DNA from: Caulobacterales bacterium
GTDB lineage: Bacteria; Pseudomonadota; Alphaproteobacteria; Caulobacterales; Caulobacteraceae
Length of the DNA: 64,000 nucleotides
Assembly (NCBI GenBank): GCA_038206535.1
Contig: JBBRAV010000009.1
Coordinates: forward strand, 48,638-112,637
Direction of reading: 5' to 3'
Shown here: one piece after another, positions 44,102 to 53,663 of the stretch
Layout: every line of letters starts with the position of its first letter
How positions within the stretch are numbered: position 1 is the stretch's first letter
Position numbers and translations under genes: made by a program
The notes under the pieces: model-generated
The model's database searches: none
Told to the model about the DNA's origin: nothing
Seen by the model: only the letters and a program-made list of their open reading frames with translations

Positions 44102-46362
44102 AATTTCACCATTTCCGCCCCCACCACGACGGTCGATCCGGCGAGGTCCCAGGCCATCACGGTTGGCGGCATCGGCGGCGGAGGCTTGGCGTCGCGCGGC
44201 CATCCTCTGAGATATTGGGCCCACCGCAGATTGAGGCGGCCGGGTCCGATCGTTTTGAACGATATGGTGAAACCTTCGGGCGCCGCTTCCCAGCGGATAC
44301 GGGTCCAGCGGCCCGGCGCGGCGAGTGCGACGGACTTGCCGTTGATATCGGCGGCGGCGAGAACCGTGTCGCTCTGCAGATCGAGGCGCAAGGTCTGCGC
44401 GCCGGCGCTGGGCGTGGCGCGCAAGACGACGGCGCCGTCGGCGGCGCGCGTGACGGTGACAGAGGGAGCGGGCGTGTAGACCATGGGCGCGGGCACGGCC
44501 GTGACGGGCCGGATCAGCCCTGGCAGAATCAGTGGGCCGGGTCGCCCGCCGTCGGCGGTCAGCCAGGCACGGCTCCAACCGCCGGGCTTGAGCTGATCGG
44601 CGCGCCAGGCCCGGTCGTTTCGCGGAGCAACGACGTACAGCGGCTCGGCGGCGTCCGGGTGGCGGGGCGTCCATGGGCTCGTCGAGCGCAGGAGCAACGC
44701 GATGGCCAGCCCGACGAGCAACATCCCGGCGCCGGGGATGAGGCGGTGGGCAGCGGTCCCACCGGGCCATACCAGCGGCCAAAGGCTAAGCGCCGCGAGC
44801 CACGCGATCGCCGCCGGCGCGACGGAGATGTCCAGGCCCTGCATCAGCAGATGCAGGAATACGCCCAGCCATGCCGTGGTCGGGACAATGACCGCGGCCG
44901 CGGGGACCCACAGCAGGCCGCCACGCGTTCCCGCCCCCGTCAATGCGCAGACCAGCCCCGCGGCGATCAGCGGCCACGCGATCAGGAATGCAATGGTTGG
45001 CGCGATCGCCTGCGCCACCGCGCCCAGCAAGAGGGCGCTCAGCAGCAGGCCGCACCAGACACCGGCGAGTCGCGCACCGCCGCCGGCCACCACGCCGGCG
45101 GCCAGCAACAGCGCACCGATCGCACTGGCGGCCATGGCGGCCTCAAACTGGGCAAAGCGCGCGAGCAGAGGCCGTTGCGCCATGAAACCGAACCCGGCCC
45201 CGGTAAGATGGCGGGTCGCCATCAAAACGCCGGCCGCCAGCGCGAACACGATGAGCGTGGCCGCCACGCCCTTGGCTAGATCGGTCGCCCTCAGCTCGCC
45301 CGTCCGCCCGGCGCGCCACGCGCCCGCCAGGATCAGCATGCTTGCGGCGGTCAGCGCGATCCAGCCGGCCCAGGTCGGATAGCCCATCACCCTCAGGCCC
45401 AACAGGTCGGCGTAGACCTTGTCCGGCGCGCGGGCGGGCAGGGCAAGAGCGAACGCCAGAGCTCTGGCGGTCCCGAGCACTTCATCCCCCATGTGCTGCA
45501 CCGAGCCCGGGTCGAGGGCGGCGATGGTCGAACTGGGCGAGTGATAGTCGAATTGCCGCCCGATGAACGCGTAGTTGAAGCCGGGCAGGCCCTCGGCCTT
45601 TGCGATGGTGAAGTCGGTGTCGTTGGGCAAGAGCTTGTAGATGAACACGGAAAGGGAGGAGCTAGCCGGACGCTTGACCGTACGCGCGAAGACGTCGATC
45701 GCGCCTCCATTGTCGGCGCCGGTTTCGAACATGGCAGCCCGCCCGCCCCCGCCCCGCGCTTCCAGGTTCAGGACGAAGCCGGTATGCGCGGCGAGCAGAT
45801 CGGCGGCGAAGAATGCCTTGGCCCCGAGCAGCCCCGGCTCCTCGCCGTCGGTGATGACGACCATCACATCGCGGCGCGGGATGCCCGACACTTCGATGGC
45901 CCGCACGATCTCGAGCACGCAGGCGACCCCGGCGATGTCGTCGGCCGCGCCGGGGGACCCTGGGACGCTGTCGCGGTGCGCCATCAGCAGCAGGGCGGGC
46001 AGGGCGTGGTCGCGTCCGGGAATCACGCCGACCACGTTCTCGATATCCGCGCCGGCGACATGGACGTCGCCGCCGACGGTCTCCTCACGGTGACTTTCCT
46101 CGCGCCGCACCCGAGGCGAAAGCCCCAAGGCGGTCATGCGCGCGACCAGATGGTCGCGCACCCGCATGTCGGCCGCCGAACCGACCGGGTGGGAACTCGC
46201 CGCCATCGCCGCGACATCGGCCATCGCGCGTCCAGCGGAAAAGTCGGCGGCCCTGGTCTGGGCCGGTCTGGGAGGCGGCGTTGCGGTGGAAAGATAGAAA
46301 AGGCCGAAGGCGGCGAGGAGGCAGGCGAGGAAGGCCGTCAGCCGAGCCAGGCGTGGCCTCAT
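44098..46362 (-). CDS. M28-family metallopeptidase fused to a polytopic membrane domain
   Basis: LLLMAHRDSVPGSPGAADD and VVITDGEEPGLLGAKAF (M28 zinc ligands), followed by about 8 hydrophobic segments. The stop codon overlaps the stop of the convergent hydrolase (CTAG). Confidence 0.8.
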   Translation of the reverse strand: MRPRLARLTAFLACLLAAFGLFYLSTATPPPRPAQTRAADFSAGRAMADVAAMAASSHPVGSAADMRVRDHLVARMTALGLSPRVRREESHREETVGGDVHVAGADIENVVGVIPGRDHALPALLLMAHRDSVPGSPGAADDIAGVACVLEIVRAIEVSGIPRRDVMVVITDGEEPGLLGAKAFFAADLLAAHTGFVLNLEARGGGGRAAMFETGADNGGAIDVFARTVKRPASSSLSVFIYKLLPNDTDFTIAKAEGLPGFNYAFIGRQFDYHSPSSTIAALDPGSVQHMGDEVLGTARALAFALALPARAPDKVYADLLGLRVMGYPTWAGWIALTAASMLILAGAWRAGRTGELRATDLAKGVAATLIVFALAAGVLMATRHLTGAGFGFMAQRPLLARFAQFEAAMAASAIGALLLAAGVVAGGGARLAGVWCGLLLSALLLGAVAQAIAPTIAFLIAWPLIAAGLVCALTGAGTRGGLLWVPAAAVIVPTTAWLGVFLHLLMQGLDISVAPAAIAWLAALSLWPLVWPGGTAAHRLIPGAGMLLVGLAIALLLRSTSPWTPRHPDAAEPLYVVAPRNDRAWRADQLKPGGWSRAWLTADGGRPGPLILPGLIRPVTAVPAPMVYTPAPSVTVTRAADGAVVLRATPSAGAQTLRLDLQSDTVLAAADINGKSVALAAPGRWTRIRWEAAPEGFTISFKTIGPGRLNLRWAQYLRGWPRDAKPPPPMPPTVMAWDLAGSTVVVGAEMVKF

Positions 46363-46383
46363 CGGAGGCCGGCGCCGCGAGAT

Positions 46384-47076
46384 TTAGGCCGCGGCACGGG
46401 CCTCCTGCGGGTCATGCAGCATGTAGCCGTGGCCCCAGACGGTCTCGATATAGTGGTCGCGGGCGACAGCCTTGAGCTTCTTGCGCAGCTTGCAGATGAA
46501 CACGTCGATGATCTTCAGTTCCGGCTCGTCCATCCCGCCGTAGAGATGGTTGAGGAACATCTCCTTGGTGAGCGTGGTGCCCTTTCGCAGTGAAAGCAGT
46601 TCCAGCATCTGGTACTCCTTCCCCGTCAGGTGAAGGCGCGCGCCGTTGACCTCCACGGTCTTGCCGTCCAGATTGACGCAGATTTCGCCGGTGCGGATCA
46701 CGGATTGGGAATGGCCTTTTGAGCGCCGGACGACCGCGTGGATGCGCGCCACCAGTTCCGACCGATGGAACGGCTTGGTCATGTAGTCGTCGGCCCCGCC
46801 GGATAGCGACTTCACCTTGGTTTCGATTTCACTCGAGCCGGACAGGATCATGATCGGCGTTTCTATGCGACCGACCCTGAGATTGCGCAGAACGTCCATC
46901 CCGCTCATGTCGGGCAGATTCATGTCCAAGAGGATCAGGTCGTAGTCGTAGAGCTTGCCAAGATCGACACCCTCCTCGCCAAGTTCGGTGGTGTAGACGT
47001 TGAAACCCTCCGTCTTCAGCATCATCTCGATGCCGCGCGCCATCGCTCGGTCGTCTTCGATCAACAGTACACGCAT
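46384..47076 (-). CDS. ctrA: cell-cycle response regulator CtrA
   Basis: ATG at 47076. [36 protein letters not shown]...[14 protein letters not shown]...ADDYMTKPF, with winged-helix [14 protein letters not shown]...IETVWGHGY. Near-identical to the CtrA pattern of Rhizobiales and Caulobacter. Confidence 0.95.
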   Translation of the reverse strand: MRVLLIEDDRAMARGIEMMLKTEGFNVYTTELGEEGVDLGKLYDYDLILLDMNLPDMSGMDVLRNLRVGRIETPIMILSGSSEIETKVKSLSGGADDYMTKPFHRSELVARIHAVVRRSKGHSQSVIRTGEICVNLDGKTVEVNGARLHLTGKEYQMLELLSLRKGTTLTKEMFLNHLYGGMDEPELKIIDVFICKLRKKLKAVARDHYIETVWGHGYMLHDPQEARAAA

Positions 47077-47149
47077 CGCGATCTCTTTTCCTCGCCTTGA
47101 AATAGCCGCCGTCGGCGCGCGCCCGGTGATATGAACTCTAGCCGCCCAA

Positions 47150-47157
47150 ATGGTTAA
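47150..47157 (-). promoter_or_regulatory. candidate CtrA half-site TTAACCAT in the ctrA promoter
   Basis: The minus strand reads gTTAACCATttg, 74-81 nt upstream of the ctrA ATG. TTAACCAT is the 8-mer CtrA motif described for Caulobacter. Confidence 0.35.
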
Positions 47158-47317
47158 CGCTTGGTAGCGAATCGGTAGGCTGATTTGCGAATCGACGGCA
47201 AGCGGCATCGGCGCCACACCTGAAGTCGAGGGTGACACCTCCGTGATCACGCGGGCTGGTGACTCGCGGGCGTCGAGGTGGTTAGAGTCGCCGGCGTTGG
47301 CCAGAGGACATAGACCC

Positions 47318-47989
47318 ATGCTCTATCGATTGGTCATCCAGACTGCGCTTTGGCTGCTTTCCATGGCGCTGGTGCTGTTTCTCGCCGCCGGCGATCCGTC
47401 CTGGAGCGCCGCCTGGGCCTTCCTGTTTGAAGTGGGACTGCTCTCGCTGGCCGTCGGCCTTGTGTTGAACGCCCGCGATCCCCGGCTGTTGGCCGAGAGA
47501 TTGAAGGCGCCGTTTCAGCGCGACCAGATCGCCTGGGACAGGCGGTTCATGCTTGCGATCCTTCTGAGCTTCTATCTGTGGCTGGCGCTCATGGGGGTGG
47601 ACGCATGGCGCTTGCGATGGTCGCATCTGCCGCAATCGATGCAGGGCGTCGGCCTGCTGGCGGTGGCCGCGACCTTCTGTGTCACCTGGCTCACATTCCG
47701 GGCCAACCCCTTCGCCGTCACGACCGTGAGACTGCAGACCGGTCAGAGTGTAAGCGACAGCGGCCCCTACGCCGTCGTCCGGCATCCGATGTACGCCGGC
47801 GCGATGGCCTTTTTCATCGGCGCGCCCCTGATGCTTGGATCTTGGGTGGGACTGGCGCTCGCACCGCTGTTCATCATCGCCATGGCGATGCGTGCGCTCG
47901 GCGAAGAGCGCCTGCTCCACGAGCGCCTGCCCGGCTACACCGACTACGCCTCGCGCGTCCGCTACAGGTTCGTACCCAAGGTCTGGTGA
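47318..47989 (+). CDS. isoprenylcysteine carboxyl methyltransferase (ICMT/PEMT-like) family membrane protein
   Basis: ATG at 47318. Polytopic, with C-terminal [15 protein letters not shown]...EERLL, typical of the ICMT family. Confidence 0.75.
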   Translation: MLYRLVIQTALWLLSMALVLFLAAGDPSWSAAWAFLFEVGLLSLAVGLVLNARDPRLLAERLKAPFQRDQIAWDRRFMLAILLSFYLWLALMGVDAWRLRWSHLPQSMQGVGLLAVAATFCVTWLTFRANPFAVTTVRLQTGQSVSDSGPYAVVRHPMYAGAMAFFIGAPLMLGSWVGLALAPLFIIAMAMRALGEERLLHERLPGYTDYASRVRYRFVPKVW

Positions 47990-48348
47990 GGCCGCTCGGC
48001 GCGCTCGGCCTCGGCTGCGCGCCGCAAAGCCGACAGGTCCTCGCCGATGCGAAAGATGGCGACGTAGAACTCGCACATCGCCCGCCAGATCAGGCCCATG
48101 GCGAAGACGGCCAGCAGGCCGCCGACGAGGACGGGGATCGCCAGCAGGACCGCCGCCCAGCTGCCTTCCCGCAACGCCACGCCGATCGCCGCGCCGACGA
48201 CCGAAAAGGCGATGATGACGATCACGCCCAGCCCGGCCCAATAGACGAGATGAATGACGGGCCCGGTGATCATGCGGTCGAACGCCAGGAACTCCCACAG
48301 ACGGCTGTGACGCTCGCCGCCGTCCGGCCTGGCACTGCGTGAAGCCAT
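47962..48348 (-). CDS. DUF4282-like small membrane protein
   Basis: ATG at 48348. LWEFLAFDRMITGPVIHLVYWAGLG followed by two TM segments. Its 3' end overlaps the convergent ICMT gene by 28 nt. Confidence 0.6.
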   Translation of the reverse strand: MASRSARPDGGERHSRLWEFLAFDRMITGPVIHLVYWAGLGVIVIIAFSVVGAAIGVALREGSWAAVLLAIPVLVGGLLAVFAMGLIWRAMCEFYVAIFRIGEDLSALRRAAEAERAERPHQTLGTNL

Positions 48349-48635
48349 GATCGCTCGTTCCCTTCCACGCTCGTCGCGCCGCTGTCGAGGCATGGCTACC
48401 AGCGCCGGCCCCTCGCCGCAATGGTTCCGCGCTCGTCATCGCGCGCCGCCGCCCCCACGCAGCGAGGGTCACGCCGGTTCCCGTGCGCGACGCGCGGCGG
48501 CTCGCTGGGATCGCCCTGAGAGCCGACGCCGCCGCGGCCGCGGCAAAAGGGCCTGACGCGCCTGGACGATGCGCCGTCTCGCAAAAATCGGCCGGAGCGC
48601 CTACATTCACCGACCTCACTCCTCGCGGACGGCGC

Positions 48636-49826
48636 ATGCTCGCAGACCTTCTCCCAGCCGACGATGTCGCGGCGATCGCGCGCGAAGCCACCCGACTGCC
48701 GGCCGGTTCTCGGGTCGTGGCGGCGATGTCGGGCGGCGTCGACTCGACCGTCACCGCCGCACTGCTCAAGCGCGCCGGCTATGACGTCGTGGGAGTCACC
48801 CTGCAGCTCTACGATCACGGCGCGGCGGCAAAGCGCAAGGGCGCGTGCTGTGCGGGGCAGGACATCCTCGACGCGCGCTCGGCCGCGGAAGCGATCGGCA
48901 TTCCCCACTATGTGCTCGACTACGAAAGCCGATTCCGCGAGTCGGTGATCGAGGATTTCGCCGACGCCTATCTGCGCGGCGAGACGCCGATCCCCTGCAT
49001 CCGCTGCAATCAGACCGTCAAGTTTCGCGATCTGCTCGATGTCGCCCGCGACCTCGGCGCGGCCGCCATGGCCACCGGCCACTACGTCCGCCGCGAAATC
49101 GGCGCGAACGGCCCCGAACTCCATCGCGCGCGCGATGAAAACCGCGACCAGAGCTACTTTCTGTTCGCCACCACGCGCGAACAGCTCGACTATCTGCGCT
49201 TCCCACTGGGCGGGCTGGCGAAGCCGCGCGTGCGGGCTGTCGCCGCCGAACTCGGCCTCGCGATTGCCGACAAGCCCGACAGCCAGGATATCTGCTTCGT
49301 GCCGGATGGCCGCTACACCACAGTCATCGACCGCCTCCGCCCCCACGGCGCCCTGCCCGGCGACATCGTCCATGTCGACGGCCGCGTGCTCGGCCGCCAC
49401 GACGGCGTGACGCGCTACACGGTCGGCCAGCGACGGGGGCTGAACGTCGCCATCGGCGATCCGCTTTTCGTGGTCCGCCTGGACGCGCTTCGGCGGGAGG
49501 TGATCGTCGGACCTCGCGAGGCTCTGCTGGCCGGCTCGTTGACGCTGTCGGAAACCAACTGGCTTGGCGGAGAACGCACACTCGCGGGAGCGGCGCTGTC
49601 GGGCCGACGCGTTCTGGCCCGGGTGCGCTCGACCCGCGAGCCCACGCCGGCCTATCTTTCGATCGTCGGGGAAACTCTATCGGTCGTGTTCGACGCGCCG
49701 GAGGAGGGCGTCGCCCCCGGTCAGGCTTGTGTCCTCTATGACGCCGAAACACCCTCGCGCGTGCTGGGCGGAGGGTTCATCGCGACAACGGCGCGGACGC
49801 GCGGCAAAACGTCAGCCAGCGGTTGA
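48636..49826 (+). CDS. mnmA: tRNA 2-thiouridine(34) synthase MnmA
   Basis: ATG at 48636. PP-loop [29 protein letters not shown] and ATGHY motifs. Confidence 0.92.
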   Translation: MLADLLPADDVAAIAREATRLPAGSRVVAAMSGGVDSTVTAALLKRAGYDVVGVTLQLYDHGAAAKRKGACCAGQDILDARSAAEAIGIPHYVLDYESRFRESVIEDFADAYLRGETPIPCIRCNQTVKFRDLLDVARDLGAAAMATGHYVRREIGANGPELHRARDENRDQSYFLFATTREQLDYLRFPLGGLAKPRVRAVAAELGLAIADKPDSQDICFVPDGRYTTVIDRLRPHGALPGDIVHVDGRVLGRHDGVTRYTVGQRRGLNVAIGDPLFVVRLDALRREVIVGPREALLAGSLTLSETNWLGGERTLAGAALSGRRVLARVRSTREPTPAYLSIVGETLSVVFDAPEEGVAPGQACVLYDAETPSRVLGGGFIATTARTRGKTSASG

Positions 49827-50075
49827 GGAGTCGGCGCTGGCGCGAAGGCATGACGCCGCCAGCACGCCACCCAGGCCTATCAAGCTAAGCGCGGCCCAGC
49901 AGGCTGGGCAGTGCGCGCCGGCAAAGGCGGTGTGGCTGCAGATCGGCGTAGACGCCGACGCCGCCCAGCGTGGCGCCATGAGCCAACCCAGCCACACCGC
50001 CCCAAGAGAGATCATCGAAACGAAGCCCGCGATCCGCTCTGGGCAGTCCATTCCAAGAGCTTCAACGCGACCCAT
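49812..50075 (-). CDS. possible small membrane protein with C-x10-CPAC motif
   Basis: 87 codons from ATG 50075. Two hydrophobic segments flank [14 protein letters not shown]. Third-position G+C is about 75 percent (hand count). Divergent from ccoN. The ORF-track GTG start at 50195 would bury the FixK box, so the internal ATG is preferred. I recognise no family. Confidence 0.3.
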   Translation of the reverse strand: MGRVEALGMDCPERIAGFVSMISLGAVWLGWLMAPRWAASASTPICSHTAFAGAHCPACWAALSLIGLGGVLAASCLRASADSSTAG

Positions 50076-50139
50076 TTCGATGACCTTTTCGCGCCAACGG
50101 GCGCTGACGTCACCTAACGCCAACGCCGCCGCCGCCTCT

Positions 50140-50153
50140 TTGATCTCAATCAA
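50140..50153. promoter_or_regulatory. FNR/FixK-type anaerobox upstream of ccoN
   Basis: Perfect TTGAT-CTCA-ATCAA palindrome centred about 72 nt upstream of the ccoN ATG. Confidence 0.7.
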
Positions 50154-50218
50154 AGCGCGCGCGCCTGAAGACGGCGATCCGCAGCGGGTCAACACCCGGT
50201 CGGGGCAAAGTCCAAACC

Positions 50219-51883
50219 ATGAGCATCATCAGCAGCCCGCCGCGCACACCGCGGTCGGACGGTCCGGTTCTACTCATCCTGTGCGTCTTCGGCGCCCTGG
50301 TCGCGACGGTGGCGACGGCGCTGTCGGTTGACCCCCTGTTTCAGTTTCAGGGTTTCATCTTCATGATCGCGTTCGTCCTTGGGGCGTACGGACTGCTGCT
50401 GGGCGTCACCTCCGGAGCGCTGCTCCCGCAGCCTGACAAGTACATGGACGGCGTTGTTCGCGCGGGTGTTATCGCGACCTTGTTCTGGGGCGCGGCGGGG
50501 ATGCTGGTGGGCGTGATCATCGCCGCCCAATTGGCGTTTCCGCGAATCTTCTACTTCCCCGACTTCGGCTTTCTCAATTTTGGCCGCCTGCGGCCGCTGC
50601 ACACCTCGGCGGTGATCTTCGCCTTCGGCGGCAATGCGTTGATCTCGACATCGTTCTACGTCGTGCAGAGGACCTGCCGCGCGCGACTGTTCGGCGGCGT
50701 CACCCCATGGTTCGTGTTCTGGGGCTATCAGCTGTTCATCGTTCTGGCCGCGCTCGGCTATCTGGTCGGCATTACCCAGAGCCAGGAATACGCCGAGCCG
50801 GAATGGCTCACCGACCTGTGGCTCACGGTGGTGTGGGTCGCCTATCTGATCGTGTTCCTGGGCACGCTGTGGAAGCGCAAGGAACCTCACATCTATGTAG
50901 CCAACTGGTTCTACCTGGCCTTCATCGTCACCGTCGCGATCCTTCACATCATCAACAATCTCGCGCTGCCGGTGAGCTTGCTCAATCATCGTAGTTATGA
51001 GGTGTGGGCGGGCGTCGAGAGCGCGCTGGTGCAGTGGTGGTACGGCCACAACGCCGTCGGTTTCTTCCTGACGGCCGGGTTCCTTGGCATGATGTACTAT
51101 TTCATTCCCAAGCGGGCCGGGCGGCCAATCTATTCTTACCGACTTTCCATCGTTCACTTCTGGGCGCTGATCTTCATCTACATCTGGGCCGGCCCGCATC
51201 ATCTGCACTACACGGCCTTGCCGCAATGGACGCAGACGTTGGGCATGACCTTCTCGATCATGCTGTGGATGCCGTCGTGGGGCGGCATGATCAACGGCCT
51301 GATGACGCTCTCGGGCGCCTGGGACAAGCTGCGCACCGACCCGGTGATCCGCATGCTGGTGGTGTCGTTGGCCTTCTACGGCATGTCCACCTTCGAGGGG
51401 CCGGTGATGTCGGTGCGGACGGTAAACGCCCTCTCGCACTTCACCGACTGGACCATAGGCCACGTCCACTCCGGCGCCCTCGGCTGGGTCGGCTTCATAA
51501 CCTTCGGCGCCGTCTACTGCATGGTGCCCTGGCTATGGAAGAAGGACCGGCTCTACTCCAACCGTCTTGTCGAGTGGCACTTCTGGATCGCGACCACCGG
51601 CATCCTTCTCTACATCACGTCCATGTGGGTCTCGGGCATCACGCAGGGCCTGATGTGGCGCGCCTACAATGCGCAAGGCTTCCTGGCCTACAGCTTCGCC
51701 GAAACCGTGGCCGCCCGGCATGTCGAGCTGGTGGTGCGTGTCGTGGGCGGTCTTCTCTATCTGTCGGGGTTCTTGATCATGATTTACAACGTGGGGCGCA
51801 CCATCGCCTTGCCGTCGGTGGTGCGGGCGCTCGCGCCCGCTCAGCTGCCGATGCCCACCCCTGTCCTCGCGGCGGCGGAGTAG
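50219..51883 (+). CDS. ccoN: cytochrome-c oxidase, cbb3-type, subunit I
   Basis: 554 aa, polytopic, with conserved His-rich haem-copper motifs ([29 protein letters not shown]). Followed by ccoOQP. Confidence 0.97.
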   Translation: MSIISSPPRTPRSDGPVLLILCVFGALVATVATALSVDPLFQFQGFIFMIAFVLGAYGLLLGVTSGALLPQPDKYMDGVVRAGVIATLFWGAAGMLVGVIIAAQLAFPRIFYFPDFGFLNFGRLRPLHTSAVIFAFGGNALISTSFYVVQRTCRARLFGGVTPWFVFWGYQLFIVLAALGYLVGITQSQEYAEPEWLTDLWLTVVWVAYLIVFLGTLWKRKEPHIYVANWFYLAFIVTVAILHIINNLALPVSLLNHRSYEVWAGVESALVQWWYGHNAVGFFLTAGFLGMMYYFIPKRAGRPIYSYRLSIVHFWALIFIYIWAGPHHLHYTALPQWTQTLGMTFSIMLWMPSWGGMINGLMTLSGAWDKLRTDPVIRMLVVSLAFYGMSTFEGPVMSVRTVNALSHFTDWTIGHVHSGALGWVGFITFGAVYCMVPWLWKKDRLYSNRLVEWHFWIATTGILLYITSMWVSGITQGLMWRAYNAQGFLAYSFAETVAARHVELVVRVVGGLLYLSGFLIMIYNVGRTIALPSVVRALAPAQLPMPTPVLAAAE

Positions 51884-51887
51884 GGGC

Positions 51888-52634
51888 ATGGCGTTGCTCA
51901 GCTGGAAATCTCACGGCAAGCTCGAGCGTCACTCGCTCCTTCTGCTGATCGGCATCATCCTCGTGGTGTCGGTCGGCGGCTTGGTGGAGGTCACGCCCCT
52001 GTTTTTTCTGCAGAACACCATCGAGCCGGTGCGCGGCATGCGCCCCTACACGCCACTCGAACTGGAAGGCCGCGACATCTACATCCGCGAAGGCTGCTAC
52101 GTCTGCCACTCCCAGATGATCCGCCCCCTCCGCGACGAGGTGGAACGCTACGGCCACTACAGCCTGGCCGCAGAAAGCATGTACGACCACCCCTTCCAGT
52201 GGGGCTCCGAACGCCAAGGTCCCGATCTCGCGCGCGTCGGCGGCAAGTACTCGGACGGCTGGCACCGCGACCACCTCACCGACCCGCGCTCGGTCGTGCC
52301 GGAATCGATCATGCCACCCTACAAATTCCTCTCCGAGGCGGATCTCGACTACCGTGATCTGCAGGAAAAGCTGCGCGCCCAACGCGCCGTCGGCGTTCCC
52401 TATACCGACGACATGATCGCCAACGCGGTCGCCGATCTGCAGGCTCAGGACGATCCCGCCGGGGCGTCGCAGGGGCTGCACAAGCGCTACGGCAAGAACC
52501 TCGCCGTCCGCAACTTTGGCGGCGATCCAGGTCGCGTCACCGAGATGGATGCGCTTGTCGCCTACCTGCAGATGCTCGGCACGCTGGTGGACTTCTCCAC
52601 CTACAAGGCCGGCGCTCCGGCCAACCAAAGGTGA
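51888..52634 (+). CDS. ccoO: cytochrome-c oxidase, cbb3-type, subunit II (monohaem)
   Basis: N-terminal TM, haem site CYVCHSQ, and [16 protein letters not shown]. Confidence 0.96.
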   Translation: MALLSWKSHGKLERHSLLLLIGIILVVSVGGLVEVTPLFFLQNTIEPVRGMRPYTPLELEGRDIYIREGCYVCHSQMIRPLRDEVERYGHYSLAAESMYDHPFQWGSERQGPDLARVGGKYSDGWHRDHLTDPRSVVPESIMPPYKFLSEADLDYRDLQEKLRAQRAVGVPYTDDMIANAVADLQAQDDPAGASQGLHKRYGKNLAVRNFGGDPGRVTEMDALVAYLQMLGTLVDFSTYKAGAPANQR

Positions 52635-52638
52635 TGCG

Positions 52639-52791
52639 ATGACCTACGAAACCGTGGCCCGGATCGTGCAGCAGGGCGGGACCGTCTATTTCGTCGTCCT
52701 TTTCGCCGCCGCCGTCGCCTACGCCTTCTGGCCGAAAAAACGCGAAGAATTCGAGAAAGCGGCCCGCGCCGCTCTCGACGCGGAGGAATAG
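52639..52791 (+). CDS. ccoQ: cbb3-type cytochrome oxidase subunit CcoQ
   Basis: 50-aa single-TM peptide MTYETVARIVQQGGTVYFVVLFAAAVAYAFWPKKREEFE between ccoO and ccoP. ATG at 52639, inside the longer ORF-track entry. Confidence 0.8.
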   Translation: MTYETVARIVQQGGTVYFVVLFAAAVAYAFWPKKREEFEKAARAALDAEE

Positions 52792-52793
52792 TC

Positions 52794-53663
52794 ATGGCCG
52801 AGCGCGAAACCGACGCCCACAGCGGCGTCGAGACCACCGGTCACGAGTGGGATGGCATCAAGGAACTGGACAATCCGCTGCCCCGCTGGTGGCTGTGGAT
52901 ATTTTACGGCTGTATCGCCTTCTCCGTGGCGTACTGGGTCCTGATGCCGGCCTGGCCGTGGTTCGGCGGGCCGACGAGGGGCGTGCTGCATCGGTCTGAC
53001 CGCGCGCAGGTCCTGGTCGAGCTCAAAGCGCTCGAGGCCAGGCGTGGCGCCCAGGGCGCTCAACTGGCCAACGCGTCGCTCGAACAGATCGAAAAGGACC
53101 CGGCGATGCAGAGCTTTGCGCTCAGCGTCGGTCAATCGATCTTCGGCGACAATTGCGCGACCTGTCATGGGGCCGGCGGCACGGGCGGCAAGGGCTATCC
53201 CAACCTGCGCGACGACGTCTGGCTGTGGGGCGGATCGCTGGAGGACATCCAGCGCACCATCACCTACGGCGCCCGCTCGGGCGACAAGGATGCCCGCACC
53301 TCGCAGATGCCCGGCTTCGGCAAGGACGAGATTCTCAAGCCAGAACAGGTCGCCGACCTGACCGAGTACGTTGTCGCGCTTTCGCACCGCAAGGCCGATC
53401 CCGCCGCCGTGCGGCGCGCGACGCAGCTTTTCGCCGACGATTGCGCCGTCTGCCATGGCGCCGACGGCCTGGGCAATCAAAGCCTCGGAGCCCCCAACCT
53501 CACCGATCGCGACTGGCTGTATGGGGGGGACCGCCAGGCGATACACGACCAGATCTGGTTCGGTCGCGGCGGCGTGATGCCAGCCTGGGGCCACCGGTTC
53601 GACGACAACACCCTCAAGGCTCTGGCGGTCTACATCCATGTCAATGCGGGCGGCGGTCAGTAG
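52794..53663 (+). CDS. ccoP: cytochrome-c oxidase, cbb3-type, subunit III (dihaem)
   Basis: N-terminal TM with GHEWDGIKELDNPLPRWW, and two haem sites CATCHG and CAVCHG. Confidence 0.95.
   Translation: MAERETDAHSGVETTGHEWDGIKELDNPLPRWWLWIFYGCIAFSVAYWVLMPAWPWFGGPTRGVLHRSDRAQVLVELKALEARRGAQGAQLANASLEQIEKDPAMQSFALSVGQSIFGDNCATCHGAGGTGGKGYPNLRDDVWLWGGSLEDIQRTITYGARSGDKDARTSQMPGFGKDEILKPEQVADLTEYVVALSHRKADPAAVRRATQLFADDCAVCHGADGLGNQSLGAPNLTDRDWLYGGDRQAIHDQIWFGRGGVMPAWGHRFDDNTLKALAVYIHVNAGGGQ

Noticed and set aside
47154-47168. A full CtrA site TTAA-N7-TTAA in the ctrA promoter.
   Set aside because: The second half reads TAGC, not TTAA. Only the TTAACCAT half-site on the other strand is a real match.
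47282-48769. 495-aa minus-strand ORF spanning the ICMT gene, the DUF4282 gene and the mnmA 5' end. The 334-aa ORF 48396-49400 belongs to the same class.
   Set aside because: Overlaps three well-supported genes. The product is Arg/Ala/Gly/Pro-rich without motifs.
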